From an uncultured Gemmatimonadales bacterium (GTDB taxonomy: Bacteria; Gemmatimonadota; Gemmatimonadetes; Longimicrobiales; Gaopeijiaceae), in contig CAWGKG010000023.1 in assembly GCA_963823035.1 (NCBI GenBank), positions 1 to 64,000 of the forward strand: 64,000 nucleotides of DNA. Direction: 5' to 3'. A program made the position numbers and the translations under genes. The notes below the pieces were generated by a model that saw only the letters and a list, made by a program, of their open reading frames with translations, did no database searches and was not told the origin of the DNA. Below, piece by piece: positions 22,488-33,028 of this stretch; positions within the stretch are counted from its first letter, which is position 1; the number at the start of each line of letters is the position of its first letter.

Positions 22488-23819
22488 TCAGCGCGGCCTC
22501 AGGTAGTGGTCCCAGGCGTGCTCCCCGATCCGCGTACCGAGGCGGTAGCCCTCCTCGGAGTCGTAGCGGAAGTGGATGCCGAGGTAGACCCGTGACATCG
22601 CGGCCTCCATCGCGGCCTGGCTGAAGCTCGTGAACGCGCGGGTGGGTGGATCCATCACCACCATCGGGGACATGGGGCCCGCGCTGCTCACTTCGGGGGT
22701 GGCAAGCGTGAACGCGTAGTCGTCGCCGAAGATCTTCCCGAAGATGGTCAGCACCGAGGCCGCGACGGTGCCGTGCGCCGAGGGATAGGACGGGAAGGCA
22801 TAGGTGTGGTGGTGCGTGTTGTTCCAGTCCGGGTCGGCGAGGGTGTTCGGATTGCCGTCGTTCTCGGCCCAACGGATTGCCGTGTACGGCCGCCAGTGGT
22901 TGTAGAGGAACTTGTTCTCGAACACGCTCACGTAGCCGTCGAAGATGTCCACGTCGACGAAGGCGAAGAGGCGCGTCGCGTCCCACAGGTCGATCCCCTC
23001 GTCCGCCGCGATCTGCCGCGCGAGCCGGTTCATCGACTTGTCCAGGAACTCCTTCCACCAAAGCGCGAGGTGGGTCTGGTCGGCGGTGCGCGTCGCGCTG
23101 TCGTCGCGACCGACATCCTTCACCTCGTCGAAGGCCCGCGTGTAGGCCTCGCTCTCGATCGCAGGGGGCGGCGGCGCACGAAACTGACCGGCGCGCTCCA
23201 GGAAGAAGGGCCGCGCCTTCCCCCACCCGGCACCGAACACGAAGCCCTGGGGGGTGTTGCTGTGCTCGCCGAACTCGGCATAGACGCCGGGCCCCATCGG
23301 ATGGAAGCGGTACTCCGCTTCCGTGTTCCACCCGTCGCCGTCCCGCGATCGCACCACCTCCTCGGCGGCCGCCCGACCCAGCGCGAGACCCTTGCTGCGG
23401 GCCTCTCCGTCGAGAGCCTGCTCGAGCCATCGCGTGCGCAGTGAGTCGAAGACCGCCTGTCGATCCGGGTACTGCCCGACCGCCACCTCCCACCCCGCCT
23501 GGACCGCGGCCGCGATCGGGTCGGCCCCCGCCCCGTCGCCTTTGAAGCGGTACGTCTCGTAGCGCGGATCGATGGCGTTCAGGGCGTCGTGCATCGCCAG
23601 GTGCATCATGGACGCCGTGCGCACGGCCTTCAGGGTGAGGAAGTGGTCTTCGGCCTCGGCGACCTCCAGGAGCCCTCGGTTCCACTCGATGGACAACGCG
23701 CCCGGGTAGGGCGTCTTCTCACCCTTCCCGACGGTGGCGCGAGCGGGGAGATCGGTGCAAGCGCCGAGCGTCAGCCCGGCGATCGCGATCAGGACGGGAG
23801 TTCGGGGTGATGCGCTCAT
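22488..23819 (-). CDS. Vanadium-dependent haloperoxidase / PAP2-family lipoprotein
   Basis: KFLYNHWRP, FPSYPSAH, SRVYLGIHF motifs; lipobox LGAC. Confidence 0.85.
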   Translation of the reverse strand: MSASPRTPVLIAIAGLTLGACTDLPARATVGKGEKTPYPGALSIEWNRGLLEVAEAEDHFLTLKAVRTASMMHLAMHDALNAIDPRYETYRFKGDGAGADPIAAAVQAGWEVAVGQYPDRQAVFDSLRTRWLEQALDGEARSKGLALGRAAAEEVVRSRDGDGWNTEAEYRFHPMGPGVYAEFGEHSNTPQGFVFGAGWGKARPFFLERAGQFRAPPPPAIESEAYTRAFDEVKDVGRDDSATRTADQTHLALWWKEFLDKSMNRLARQIAADEGIDLWDATRLFAFVDVDIFDGYVSVFENKFLYNHWRPYTAIRWAENDGNPNTLADPDWNNTHHHTYAFPSYPSAHGTVAASVLTIFGKIFGDDYAFTLATPEVSSAGPMSPMVVMDPPTRAFTSFSQAAMEAAMSRVYLGIHFRYDSEEGYRLGTRIGEHAWDHYLRPR

Positions 23820-24074
23820 CCTCTTCTCCGTGCTCGGGAAAGGAGGGCGTGGGAAGCGTCCCGCCCGTCGGAGCGGCCTCGCCGTTTCCCGCCGGCGACG
23901 CCTCCCCCCCGACCTGCGTGCACAACTCCGCGATCCTGGCGAGCGCGGCCGCCTCCGCCATGAATCCCCTCGGGTCGTTTCGACGTGACATACACGGAAG
24001 ATCGGGTCGACGGCGCCCGCCGACTTCGCCCGAACCGGGGATCTTCATCGAGTTGGGGACGTGGCCCGTTCTGG

Positions 24075-25763
24075 CTATTGCGCCGGCGGTTCGAGGAGGC
24101 CGGAGCGCGCGGCGTGCGCCGCGGCGGCCGCGCGGGACGGAAGATCCAGCTTGCGCAGGATGTTGGTGACATGGCGGTGGATCGTGTGCTCGCTCAACGA
24201 GAGGCGGTCGGCGACCTGCCGGTTCGTCAGCCCCTCCGCGACCCAGCGCAGCACCTCACGCTCGCGAGGCGTGACCTCGGGGAGCGCCGGGGCCTCAGCC
24301 CGCGCTCCGCCGGCCGCGTCCATGACCCGCCGCGCGCGTCGGGCATCCGCCTTGGCTCCCAGCGCTTCGAACCGTTCCAGGCAGGCCGCCGCCTCCCGTC
24401 GGGCGAGCTCCGTGCGCCCGAGGGCGAGCAGGCTGGACGCCAACTCGAGCCGCGTATGTGCGGACTCGAAGGGAGCGCCGCTGCGCTCGAACCGATCCCC
24501 CGCGTCCTCGAAGAGCCGCCTCGCCCGTTCGTGCTCGCCGCGCGCGCCGGCGAGGATCCCTTCCGCCAGCTCCGCGGCCGCGCGTACCGGCTCCGTGCCG
24601 ACGCGCTCGGCGATCTCCTCGAGCTCGCGCAATGCCTCGGTGGCCAGGTCGTGCTCGCCGCGCTCCGCCCGTGCGCGCACCACGATCTCGAGCGCCGGGA
24701 ACCGCCTCATCCGGCTGTGCCGGGGAGCGTGACGGAGGACGCGGTCCGCCAGCTCCACGGCGCGCCCGGGCTCGCCGCGATCCAGGGCCAGCCGCGCGCG
24801 GCACAGGGGCACCGAGCTCGGGCCCATCTCGTCCAGCAGCCTCTCGGCCCGCTCCCACTCCCCCTTCCGGCGATGGAGCTCGGCGAGCTTGGCGAGCGGG
24901 TCGGACACGAAGGGCGGACGCGAGTCCGTGTACGCGCGCACGGCCTCCTCGAGCTGTGCCTGCGCCTCGTCCCACCGGCCGCGCCACATGAACACGGCGG
25001 CGTAGTGGGCCCTGCAGAAGCCGAGCATGTACCGGCTGCCGTAGCGCTCGGCGAACTCGGCGATCCGGTCGCACCACTCGAAGGCGCGCTGGTAGTCCCG
25101 CACCGCCTCGCAGGCACTCACGAGGAAGCAGCACGCCCACGCGCGGGAGATCGGGATCGTCGCCTCGGCGTGGAGCGCCGTGACCGTCGCCTCGTCGAGG
25201 CAGCCCATCCCAGCCTCGACCTCGGCGCGCCCCACGAGCACGGAACCCTCGAGAGCGAGCCCGAGCATCTCCAGGTCGGGAACGCCGAAGCGACGGCCGA
25301 GCTCCGCGGCCCGTACCGCTTCTTCGAGGCTGTGCTCGGAGTCACCCCCGAGGGAGGCGACGTAGCCCGCGTGGAAGGCGACCCACCCATGGTCGGGACC
25401 GGGTTCGACCTCCTCGAGCAGCCGGCGGGCCCGGCGCAGCCATCCCTTCGTGACCGCCAACGCGCCGCGGAAGTCGAAGTGGTCCGCCCCCAGCCAGGTG
25501 GCCATGCGCGCGGCGCTCGCCCGCGCGCCGCGCCTACGATAGAGCCGGTACGCACGCTCCCGCGCCTCGAACACCGTGTCCGCGTCGTCCAGCCACCATG
25601 CGGACCAGCTCAGCCCCTCGAGGGCCTCCGGTGTCTCCTCCCACTCGATCGATCGCAGGAAGGCCTCGCGCGCCGCCTCCCACCGTCCGGCGGCGAGATC
25701 GGCCCACCCCGCCTCGGCCGACGTCGCAGCGCCTTTCGTCGGCTCCCCGGAGGTGGGTGGCAT
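24075..25763 (-). CDS. TPR-like helical regulator with C-terminal LuxR HTH
   Basis: VTPREREVLRWVAEGLTNRQVADRLSLSEHTIHRHVTNILRKL. Confidence 0.9.
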   Translation of the reverse strand: MPPTSGEPTKGAATSAEAGWADLAAGRWEAAREAFLRSIEWEETPEALEGLSWSAWWLDDADTVFEARERAYRLYRRRGARASAARMATWLGADHFDFRGALAVTKGWLRRARRLLEEVEPGPDHGWVAFHAGYVASLGGDSEHSLEEAVRAAELGRRFGVPDLEMLGLALEGSVLVGRAEVEAGMGCLDEATVTALHAEATIPISRAWACCFLVSACEAVRDYQRAFEWCDRIAEFAERYGSRYMLGFCRAHYAAVFMWRGRWDEAQAQLEEAVRAYTDSRPPFVSDPLAKLAELHRRKGEWERAERLLDEMGPSSVPLCRARLALDRGEPGRAVELADRVLRHAPRHSRMRRFPALEIVVRARAERGEHDLATEALRELEEIAERVGTEPVRAAAELAEGILAGARGEHERARRLFEDAGDRFERSGAPFESAHTRLELASSLLALGRTELARREAAACLERFEALGAKADARRARRVMDAAGGARAEAPALPEVTPREREVLRWVAEGLTNRQVADRLSLSEHTIHRHVTNILRKLDLPSRAAAAAHAARSGLLEPPAQ

Positions 25764-25842
25764 GGTGGCGTGGGGTCGGGAGGATGCGACGGCCGGTCGC
25801 GGGGCCGGCCCTCGAGGGGCCTGCGCGCACGGTAGGACGGCC

Positions 25843-26820
25843 CTACCGGAGCGGCAAGGAAGGCGAGCCGGTCTCGTGGCACGCCTGGGGTCGCTCGTTC
25901 GTCCCGTGGTACACGTCCATGAGGATGTGGTGGTCCGGATACACCCGGGCGAGGAGGGCGTAGAGCCGCGGGTCGTAGGTCTCCAGGTCGTCCGGCGACC
26001 AGAGGCGCACGTCGCCGAAGCACGCCTCGTAGTTCGACCAGAACCACCATTGCGTCCCCTCGGCCCAGTACTCGGCGACCGTGTTCGCCGCGTAGTGGTG
26101 GGCGTACATCCCCTTCTCCATCGCCTCCGCGTAGGCCGCGTCGAGCTCGGAGGAGAGCTCGGGGTCCACCCGGCGCAGCGCCGAAGCGATCCCGTGCGAG
26201 AACTCGTGCACGAGGATGTGCTCGCCGTAGTACCGCGTGCCCGGGTAGCCGAGGATGTTCTCCTCCGCCCCGGTGGTGTAGCGACCTCCCATGCCGCGCG
26301 CCCGTCGATCCCAGTAACCCTTGTCGGTCATCGAGGCGATGCCCCCTGGCTCGTAGTAGCGCGCGCGCTCCCCGTCCGTGAGTCGCCGGTCGTCGAAGGC
26401 GGGCTTCTTCCAGTCGCGCTGCTCCGGGATGTCCGTGGTGGACTCGCTCACCGCCATGACCCCGACGCGGTAGCCGCGGCTCAAAATCTCGGCGCGCACG
26501 TCGGGGCGGGCGGCGAGCATGTGCGTGACGATGTCGCGCGCCACGAGGATGGCCGCGTCCGGCACGCGGGCGGAGCCGATGATCGGAATCCCCTCCGCGC
26601 TGGCGTACTTCGCGTAGAAGGTGGCATCGAGGCCGAGCGAATCGGGCGGACGCGAGATGGCCGCCGCGGCGTAGCTCCCGATCAAGGCGTCCGCGCGGGT
26701 CTCGACGCCCGCCCGCCCCGGCGACGCGCACCCGGTCACGCAGTTGACCGCCACGGCACCGTACCACAAGCTTGCGGCTGCCCGTAACCTGCCACCCGAC
26801 CTCGCTGGTGACCGATGCAC
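25843..26820 (-). CDS. Putative zinc metallopeptidase (HExxH...E), possible lipoprotein; start uncertain
   Basis: ILVHEFSHG followed by EYWAEGTQWWF; VTGC lipobox-like motif. Confidence 0.7.
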   Translation of the reverse strand: MHRSPARSGGRLRAAASLWYGAVAVNCVTGCASPGRAGVETRADALIGSYAAAAISRPPDSLGLDATFYAKYASAEGIPIIGSARVPDAAILVARDIVTHMLAARPDVRAEILSRGYRVGVMAVSESTTDIPEQRDWKKPAFDDRRLTDGERARYYEPGGIASMTDKGYWDRRARGMGGRYTTGAEENILGYPGTRYYGEHILVHEFSHGIASALRRVDPELSSELDAAYAEAMEKGMYAHHYAANTVAEYWAEGTQWWFWSNYEACFGDVRLWSPDDLETYDPRLYALLARVYPDHHILMDVYHGTNERPQACHETGSPSLPLR

Positions 26821-27337
26821 AGGACGCCGAGCTCGACGTTCGCCACGCCCCCGGCTCCCGGAACGGTGCGCCCGACGGCACGTGGCGCTCCTCCTGCTCT
26901 CGGTCCGGGGCGGACAGGGCTGTTACGGCGATCACGTCGTGGACCTCCAGGGCGTCACGCCCGGTGAAGAGATCCGTATCCAGCTCGATCGGCAAGACCG
27001 GAGGGTGGCCCCCGGCGGCGCCGCGGCCGGACCGCGGAGGTTGGAAGGCAGGTTCGGGAGCGTCACCGCGGACACCCTCGTCATGTCGGTCTGGATCGGC
27101 AAGAACTTCGCGGGCACGCCGTTCGCCTCGAGCTACCAGGACATCCAGATCCCGCTCGGCGACATCGAGGTCACCGAGAACCGGCAGCTGTCGAAGGGCC
27201 GCACGGCCCTGGTCGGCGTCGGGATGGCGGCCCTGATCACCGTGCTCATCGACTCGATCGGGTTGGTGCAGGTGTTCGGAAGCGGAGGCGATGGTGACCC
27301 GCCCCTTCCGCCGGCGGGAACGCTCATCGGGCGCTGA
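26815..27337 (+). CDS. Hypothetical lipoprotein with a C-terminal TM helix
   Basis: ATG 26815 joins the ORF if one C is removed near 26850; hydrophobic stretch then GCY; RQLSKGRTALVGVG TM segment. Confidence 0.65.
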
Positions 27338-27392
27338 CCACGGGCTGCGTCCGAACGCCGGAGGGGACCTCGCACCCAGGCCGGTGCGCGCG

Positions 27393-27794
27393 CTATCGTC
27401 GTCCCCCGTTGGGGATCACCTCGATCACGCCGCGCTGGTGGCCCATGCCGAAGCGCGCGCCCGCCTCGCCCGGCTCGTAGTAGCGAACCGCTTCGACGTC
27501 GTCGAGGCGGACGCCGCGCAGGTACTCGATGTCGCCCACCTGGTTCCCGTTCATGAAGACGGACGCCACGGAAGGCGAGCTGTCGGTCATGGAGGTCGGG
27601 CCGCGGCTCGTCAACCAGGACGGCTGGAGCTTCTGGACCGCGTCGTAGACCGAGGACGCGCCCACATCCACCATCTGGTCGTGCGTGATCGTGCTCATGC
27701 TGCCACGGGGCGTGGCCCCCGCCGTATTCATGCCGCAGGCCGCGACGACGAGCACCACGCCCGCGGCCATCACGCTGCGCATTGCCTTTCGCAT
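27393..27794 (-). CDS. Stand-alone TonB plug-like lipoprotein (divergent)
   Basis: Lipobox VAAC; ITHDQM, SVYDAVQKLQPSWL, DDVEAVRYY...GARFGMGHQRGVIEV; GGAGAGG RBS. Confidence 0.75.
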   Translation of the reverse strand: MRKAMRSVMAAGVVLVVAACGMNTAGATPRGSMSTITHDQMVDVGASSVYDAVQKLQPSWLTSRGPTSMTDSSPSVASVFMNGNQVGDIEYLRGVRLDDVEAVRYYEPGEAGARFGMGHQRGVIEVIPNGGRR

Positions 27795-27827
27795 GTCCTC
27801 TCCTCCGTTCGGAGGGCTGTGGGGGAC

Positions 27828-27857
27828 GGGGACGCCGCCCACACGGACGGCGCCCCC
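27828..27857 (-). terminator. Hairpin between susD2 and the plug-lipoprotein gene
   Basis: Minus strand GGGGGCGCCGTCC-GTGT-GGGCGGCGTCCCC, 13-bp stem including G-U pairs. Confidence 0.55.
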
Positions 27858-27864
27858 CTTCGTC

Positions 27865-29401
27865 TCACGATCCCGGCGCCCACCAGACCTTCACGAGCAT
27901 GCCGTCCTGGCCTGTCGGAATGTTGGTGGCAGCGAGGCTCCCGAGTTGAATTGCATCTCGGCGGCCGGGGTGCGCAAGCGCTGGGGAATCGCGCTCAGCG
28001 AAAGCTGGTCCCCCGCCGGCGGCACCGGGAGCGGCACCTGCGGATAGCCGGTCCTGCGATAGTCGTGCCAGACCTCCTGCTGCAGGAAGTTCGCCACGTA
28101 CTTCTCATTGATGAGCGCCTCGAGCGGGTTCGCCGAGGAGCCCAGCGCCGGCCGGGCCGCAAGGTACGTGTCGATGTCGGCCTGGGCGACGCCCAGCCGC
28201 ACCATGTTCGCACGAATCGCTTCACGATACGTCGCGTCTGCAGCTCCGGCTCCCGAGACGATCAGGCGCGCCTCGGCCTCGAGGAACTTCGCGTCATCGT
28301 ACGTCACCCAGATGTGGTGCACGTTGTCGGCGCTGAAAGCCTTCCCGATCATCGAGATCGCGGAGTCGGGCTCACCGGGTCCACCGGTGCGGTTCCCGCG
28401 GTAGATCACCGTCGTGGCGATCGAGCAGTCCTCCCGCTGGTACTCGGTGCCCGGCGGGGCACTCGAGCTCCGCAGGCTCCGCCATGATGGGCAGCCGCGG
28501 ATCGGCTGTTCGACCTCAGCATCTCGATGAAGAACTGCGACGACCGGCTGCGCTCACCCTGTCCCTCGTCCTCGAAGAGGTACCAGGGCTGGCGCGCACC
28601 CGAACCGCCGTCGTAGGCGATGGTCGGCGCGTCCGCCGCGCTCTGGATGCCCGCGGCGAGCGCGCTCAGCGCGGCCTGCGCGTGCTCGGTGGCGCTCTGG
28701 CTGGGCCCGTAGGCGAGGCGCATGTGATGCCGCGCCTTCACGGTGTTGGCCAACCTCACCCACGCCGCCATGTCGCCCCCGTAGACCAGGTCACCGACGG
28801 AGGGCGGGGCGGCACCCGGCCGCTGCATCTCCTCGATGGCTTCGTCGAAGAGGCGGAACACCTCCGCGTACACCTGCTCCTGCGTGTCGTAGGCCGGATT
28901 GCGGTTCGCGATGTCGAACGCTTCGGAGAGCGGGACCGGGCCGAAGGCGTCCGTGAGCAGCGCCGCGTTCCAGGCGAAGATGAACTTGGCGATGCCGTGG
29001 TACGCCCACTGCTCGGTGCCCTCCGTGATGTTCATGATGTTGACGCATTCCTGCATGACGTCGGCGTACGAGTTCGACCAGAAGCTGTCGGTGTCGAGGT
29101 TCGCGACCTCGAACCACTGGAACTGCGCGTACGTGTGGCGGTCTTCGTTGTCCGACCACTGCTGCAGCCACTCCGTGCCCCAGCCGGTGGGGCCGGTGAG
29201 GTTGCCGTAGCGGATGTCGGTCACGCCGATGATGTCGTGCCCGAACGCGATGAGCATGCCGGGCAGCATCACGTCGACGCGGACGTTCTCGGGGTTGTTG
29301 GGATCCTGGTTGACGTCCAGGAAGCTTTCACAGCCGGTGGTGCCCAGGCTCAACGCGAGCGCGAGCGCCGCCCCGGCGGTCGTGATCTTGAATCGGGTCA
29401 T
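27865..29401 (-). CDS. susD: SusD/RagB-like lipoprotein (frameshifts at about 28400-28510 and 27930)
   Basis: Lipobox TTGC then ESFLDVNQDPNNP; LTDAFGPVP, WHDYRRTGYP; reconstructed C-terminus ...MLVKVWWAPGS stop at 27865. Confidence 0.88.
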
Positions 29402-29451
29402 GGCTCGATCCTCCACACGGGTCCGTGTTGGCCGTTCGATGAGCGTCGGCA

Positions 29452-32400
29452 TCAGAAGTTGGCCCGCAGGCCGAAGCTGTAGCTGCGGAGCGGCGGCGCG
29501 ACGAACATGTGGTAGTACTGGCCTCCAGCGTTCGTGGACCCGTAGTTGCTCCCCTCGGGGTCGCCGTAGGAGAAGTTGGACCAGATGTGCAGGTTGTGGC
29601 CGGTTACGTAGAACTGCGCGGAGGATACGCCCATCCGATCCAGGAGCAGACGCGGAAGCGCGTACTGGAGCGAGAGCTCTTGCAGGCGCGTGTGCGTGCC
29701 CGACTCGACGTTGTTCTCGCTGCGCAGGTAGCCGCCCAGCTCGTTGCGGTAGTAGTTCTCGTTGCGGGCGACCTCGATGTCGTTCGCCTGTCCGTTGCTG
29801 GCCTTCACGCCCGGATAGACGAAGCTCGAGTTGCGATCCACCGTCCACGAGTGCACGCCACGGCCGACCGTGTAGTTGAGCGTGAAATCGAAGATGTCCC
29901 CGCCCTGCACGGTGCTCACCAGGCCCGAAAGCGTGAACGGACCGTAGCGGAAGGACGTGTAGACGTTCCCGAGCCAGTGGGGCTGGGTGTTGCCGAGCAC
30001 CTTCAGCTCGTCGTCCATGAGCGGCCACCCGTAGGTGGAGCTGGTCGGGTCGTCATCGATGACGACCTGGCCGTCGTCGGTGCGCTGGAACCCGTTCCCC
30101 CAGATCACGCCGTACGGCTCATCCCTCATGATCTGGATGTTCGGCCAGGAATAGCCGGCCAGGTAGATCGACTCCACCCGGGGGCGAGGTCGATCACCGT
30201 GGAGCGATTCCGCGACCAGTTCAGGTTCACGTCCCAGCGCGCGTCGGGCGCCTGCCACGGAACCAGGTTCAGCGTGGCCTCGATGCCCTTGTTGCGGATG
30301 TCGCCGGCGTTGCGGGTGATGCTCGAGTACCCAGTCGCCGGGCTGGACGGCACCGAGAAGATCTGGTCGTAGCTGCGCTTGTCGTAGTACGACATGTCGA
30401 GGCGGGCCCGCCCCTGGATCATGCGCAGCTCGGTGCCGATCTCGTACTCGGTGGTGCCCTCCGGCTTGAGGATGGGGTTCCCGAGGCTGTTGCTCTGCAG
30501 GAAGCCCTGCGTGCCGTTGAACGGCCAGTTGACGTGGCCGGCGTCGTTGTACGTGGTCGACAGACGATAGGGCGGCGCGTCGCTTCCGACCTTCGCCACG
30601 GAGAGACGGAGCTTCCCGTAGTCGAGCCACTTGCTGCGGATGCCGAGCGCGTCCGTGAAGACGACGCCGAGGCTCGCCGACGGATAGAAGTAGCTGTTGT
30701 TGCTCGTGGGCAGCGTGGAGCTCCAGTCGTTCCGGGCCGTCAGGTTCAGGAAGGCCCAGTCCCGGTAGTCCACGGTGACCTGCGAGTAGAGCCCCATGAT
30801 CCGCTGGGTCTCGGTCAGGTCCCCGATCACGCGCTGGTCGAGGAAGTTGTAGAGGTTGTAGAGCTCCGGGATGATGATGTCCTGACCCGTCCCCGTGAGC
30901 CGGTCGTTCTGACGCTGGAGGATGTTGAATCCGCCGAGCCCGCTCACCCTGAAGGCGTCGTTGAGCTGCACCCCGTTCAGGCTGAGGACCAGGTCGTCGT
31001 TCAGCGACGTGCGCGTGAAGCGCTCCTGGCGCGTGTACCCGGACGGCTGACCCGCCTCCGTGCGCCAGGGACGCTCGTTCTGGTTGTAGACGCGCGACTC
31101 GAGGTAGGTGTCGAGGCCGAGGCGGTTCGAGACGTTGAGGTTGTCCAGGATGTCGAACTTGAAGTACTGCGACGCGATCCAACGCCCGGTGACGCCCTGA
31201 CGCTCCTCGTTGTCGGCGATCCACTGCGGGTGGGGTGAGTTGCTTCCCCACATGACGGGCGTCCCGTCTTCGTTGTAGCCCTTCCTCACGTCGATGTTGG
31301 GCGTGAGGTACTGCAGGTCCTGCTCGATGGACTGCCAACCCTCGGTCAGCCAGACGTTCTTCGTGTTCCCGTACATGACCGTGGTCGTGGACTCGAGCCG
31401 ATCCGTCAGCTGTACGCTCAGGTTGGCGTTGAGGTTGAGCCGCTCCAGCGACGTGCTGGGCGTGATGCCGAGATGGTTCGCGTAGCTCGCGCCGAGGTTG
31501 AACGACCCCGCCGACCCGATCCCGCCGGTCGCGTTGATCGAGGTCTCCGAGAGCTGCCCCGTGTTGTAGAAGTCCTTGCGTGGGTCGATCATGCGCACGC
31601 AGTTGCCCGGATCGCTCACCCCGGGGCACTCGTGCGCCATCACCTCGGCCGAGAACGAGTCCTTGTGCGGTCCCCAGGCGTTGGACGACGTGGCCGCATT
31701 GAAGCCGGCCTGCGTAGTAGCCGGACTCGCACCAACCGCCGTAGCCCTCGGGCAGGCCGTTGCAATAGAAGCCGTCCCGCCCGGCGGTGTACGTGGACTG
31801 GATGCCCTGGAGGACGGGGTCCTGCATCTCGTAGCGGGTGTTGAAGGTGAAGCGGGTGGGCGTGCCCGCCTGCCCCTGCTTCGTCGTGATGATGATCGCG
31901 CCGTGCGCGGCACGGGAGCCGTAGAGCGCCGTGGCAGCGGCGCCGCGCAGCACGGAGATCTCCTGGACGTTGTTCATGTCGATGTCCATGGACCGGCTGC
32001 CCGCCTGCCCGTACTCGAGCTCGAACTGACCCTGATCCTCGGTCTCCATGAGGATGGGCACACCGTCGATCACATAGAGCGGCTGTCCTCCGCCCGTGAA
32101 CGACGACTCGCCGCGGATCACCACGCGCGACGAGGCACCGGGCCGGCTGCTCGCTGTCGTCACCTGCACGCCCGCGACCTTCCCCTGCAGCGCGGAGGTG
32201 ATGTTGAGCTGGGGCACCTCGGCGAGCCGCTTGGTGTCCAGGTCCTGGACCGCGTAGCCGAGGCTCCGTTCGGAGCGCTCGATGCCGAGGGCGGTGACCA
32301 CCACGCCCTCCACGTCGATGGCCCGGTCCGCGAGCTGGAAGTCCGCCGTGGACGTGCCGCCCGCCGTGACCGAGACCGTCCTTTCGGAGGACTCGTACCC

Positions 32401-32646
32401 GAGGACCTGGACGCGCACGGTCTGCTGCCCGACCGGGATGTTGAGGAGGAGGTACCTCCCCTGGGCGTTGGAGAGCACGCCCTGCTGCGTGGCCGGGATG
32501 TGGACCTGCGCACCCGGGATCGGTTGCCCGTTGGATGCGTTGACGATCGTGCCCGTGATGCTGCCGGTGCTCTGCGCCCAGGCCAACCCGGACGTGGCTA
32601 GCAGCATAGCCGCCGAAGCGACGGTTCGAACGAACCAGGTTTTCAT
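29452..32646 (-). CDS. susC: SusC/RagA TonB-dependent transporter (two compensating frameshifts near 31713 and 30178)
   Basis: VVVTALGI, VLRGAAATALYGSRAAHGAIIITTK, RNDWSSTLP..NNSYFYPS, GNPILKPE, terminal F; true middle portion is in ORF 30126-31913. Confidence 0.93.
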   Translation of the reverse strand: MKTWFVRTVASAAMLLATSGLAWAQSTGSITGTIVNASNGQPIPGAQVHIPATQQGVLSNAQGRYLLLNIPVGQQTVRVQVLGYESSERTVSVTAGGTSTADFQLADRAIDVEGVVVTALGIERSERSLGYAVQDLDTKRLAEVPQLNITSALQGKVAGVQVTTASSRPGASSRVVIRGESSFTGGGQPLYVIDGVPILMETEDQGQFELEYGQAGSRSMDIDMNNVQEISVLRGAAATALYGSRAAHGAIIITTKQGQAGTPTRFTFNTRYEMQDPVLQGIQSTYTAGRDGFYCNGLPEGYGGWCESGYYAGRLQCGHVVQRLGTAQGLVLGRGDGARVPRGERSGQLRAHDRPTQGLLQHGAALGDLDQRDRRDRVGGVVQPRRELREPSRHHAQHVAGAAQPQRQPERTADGSARVHDHGHVREHEERLADRGLAVHRAGPAVPHAQHRREEGLQRRRDARHVGKQLTPPAVDRRQRGASGRHRALDRVAVLQVRHPGQPQRLEPPRPRHLPRVARLQPERASLAHGGGSAVRVHAPGALHAHVAERRPGPQPERGAAQRRLQGERARRIQHPPASERPAHGDGSGHHHPGALQPLQLPRPARDRGPDRDPADHGALLAGHRGLPGLGLPEPDGPERLELHAAHEQQQLLLSVGEPRRRLHGRARHPQQVARLREAPSLRGEGRKRRAALSSVDHVQRRRPRQLAVQRHAGLPAEQQPREPHPQAGGHHRVRDRHRAAHDPGAGPPRHVVLRQAQLRPDLLGAVQPGDWVLEHHPQRRRHPQQGHRGHAEPGSVAGARRALGREPELVAESLHGDRPRPRVESIYLAGYSWPNIQIMRDEPYGVIWGNGFQRTDDGQVVIDDDPTSSTYGWPLMDDELKVLGNTQPHWLGNVYTSFRYGPFTLSGLVSTVQGGDIFDFTLNYTVGRGVHSWTVDRNSSFVYPGVKASNGQANDIEVARNENYYRNELGGYLRSENNVESGTHTRLQELSLQYALPRLLLDRMGVSSAQFYVTGHNLHIWSNFSYGDPEGSNYGSTNAGGQYYHMFVAPPLRSYSFGLRANF

Positions 32647-33028
32647 GTCGGATCCCCCCTTTCCGTGAAGACGCCTCCGTGTTGCCGCGGCCGCGGCCGG
32701 AGGTCGATCGTGGCGAGCTCGGCCCCGTTGGACGTCGGGGTCGGGCGGCGGAAGGGAGGAGGGCGGGCACGCGCGCGTGGACACGCTCGGGGGGGCCTCC
32801 CCCCCGGAGGGCGACTCGTTCGTCGTCCGCGCATCTCCGCCTCCCGCCGCCTGCGTGTACGGCGAACCGGGCCGCGCATCGATCCCCTGCAAGGGATGAG
32901 CACGGAGGGCGGGCGCACCCTCGGGCTGCGTTGGGCAGCCACTCTGGACCCCGCGGGGTGGAGCGTCGGTGCGCGAAGACACCTGCCCCGCAAGGCTGTT
33001 CGGGCTCGGGTGAACCGCCACGGTCAGC

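Noticed and set aside
30126..31913. Programmed frameshifting or phase variation in susC2 and other genes
   Set aside because: Indels are scattered, mostly outside slippery or long homopolymer sites; sequencing error is the simpler explanation
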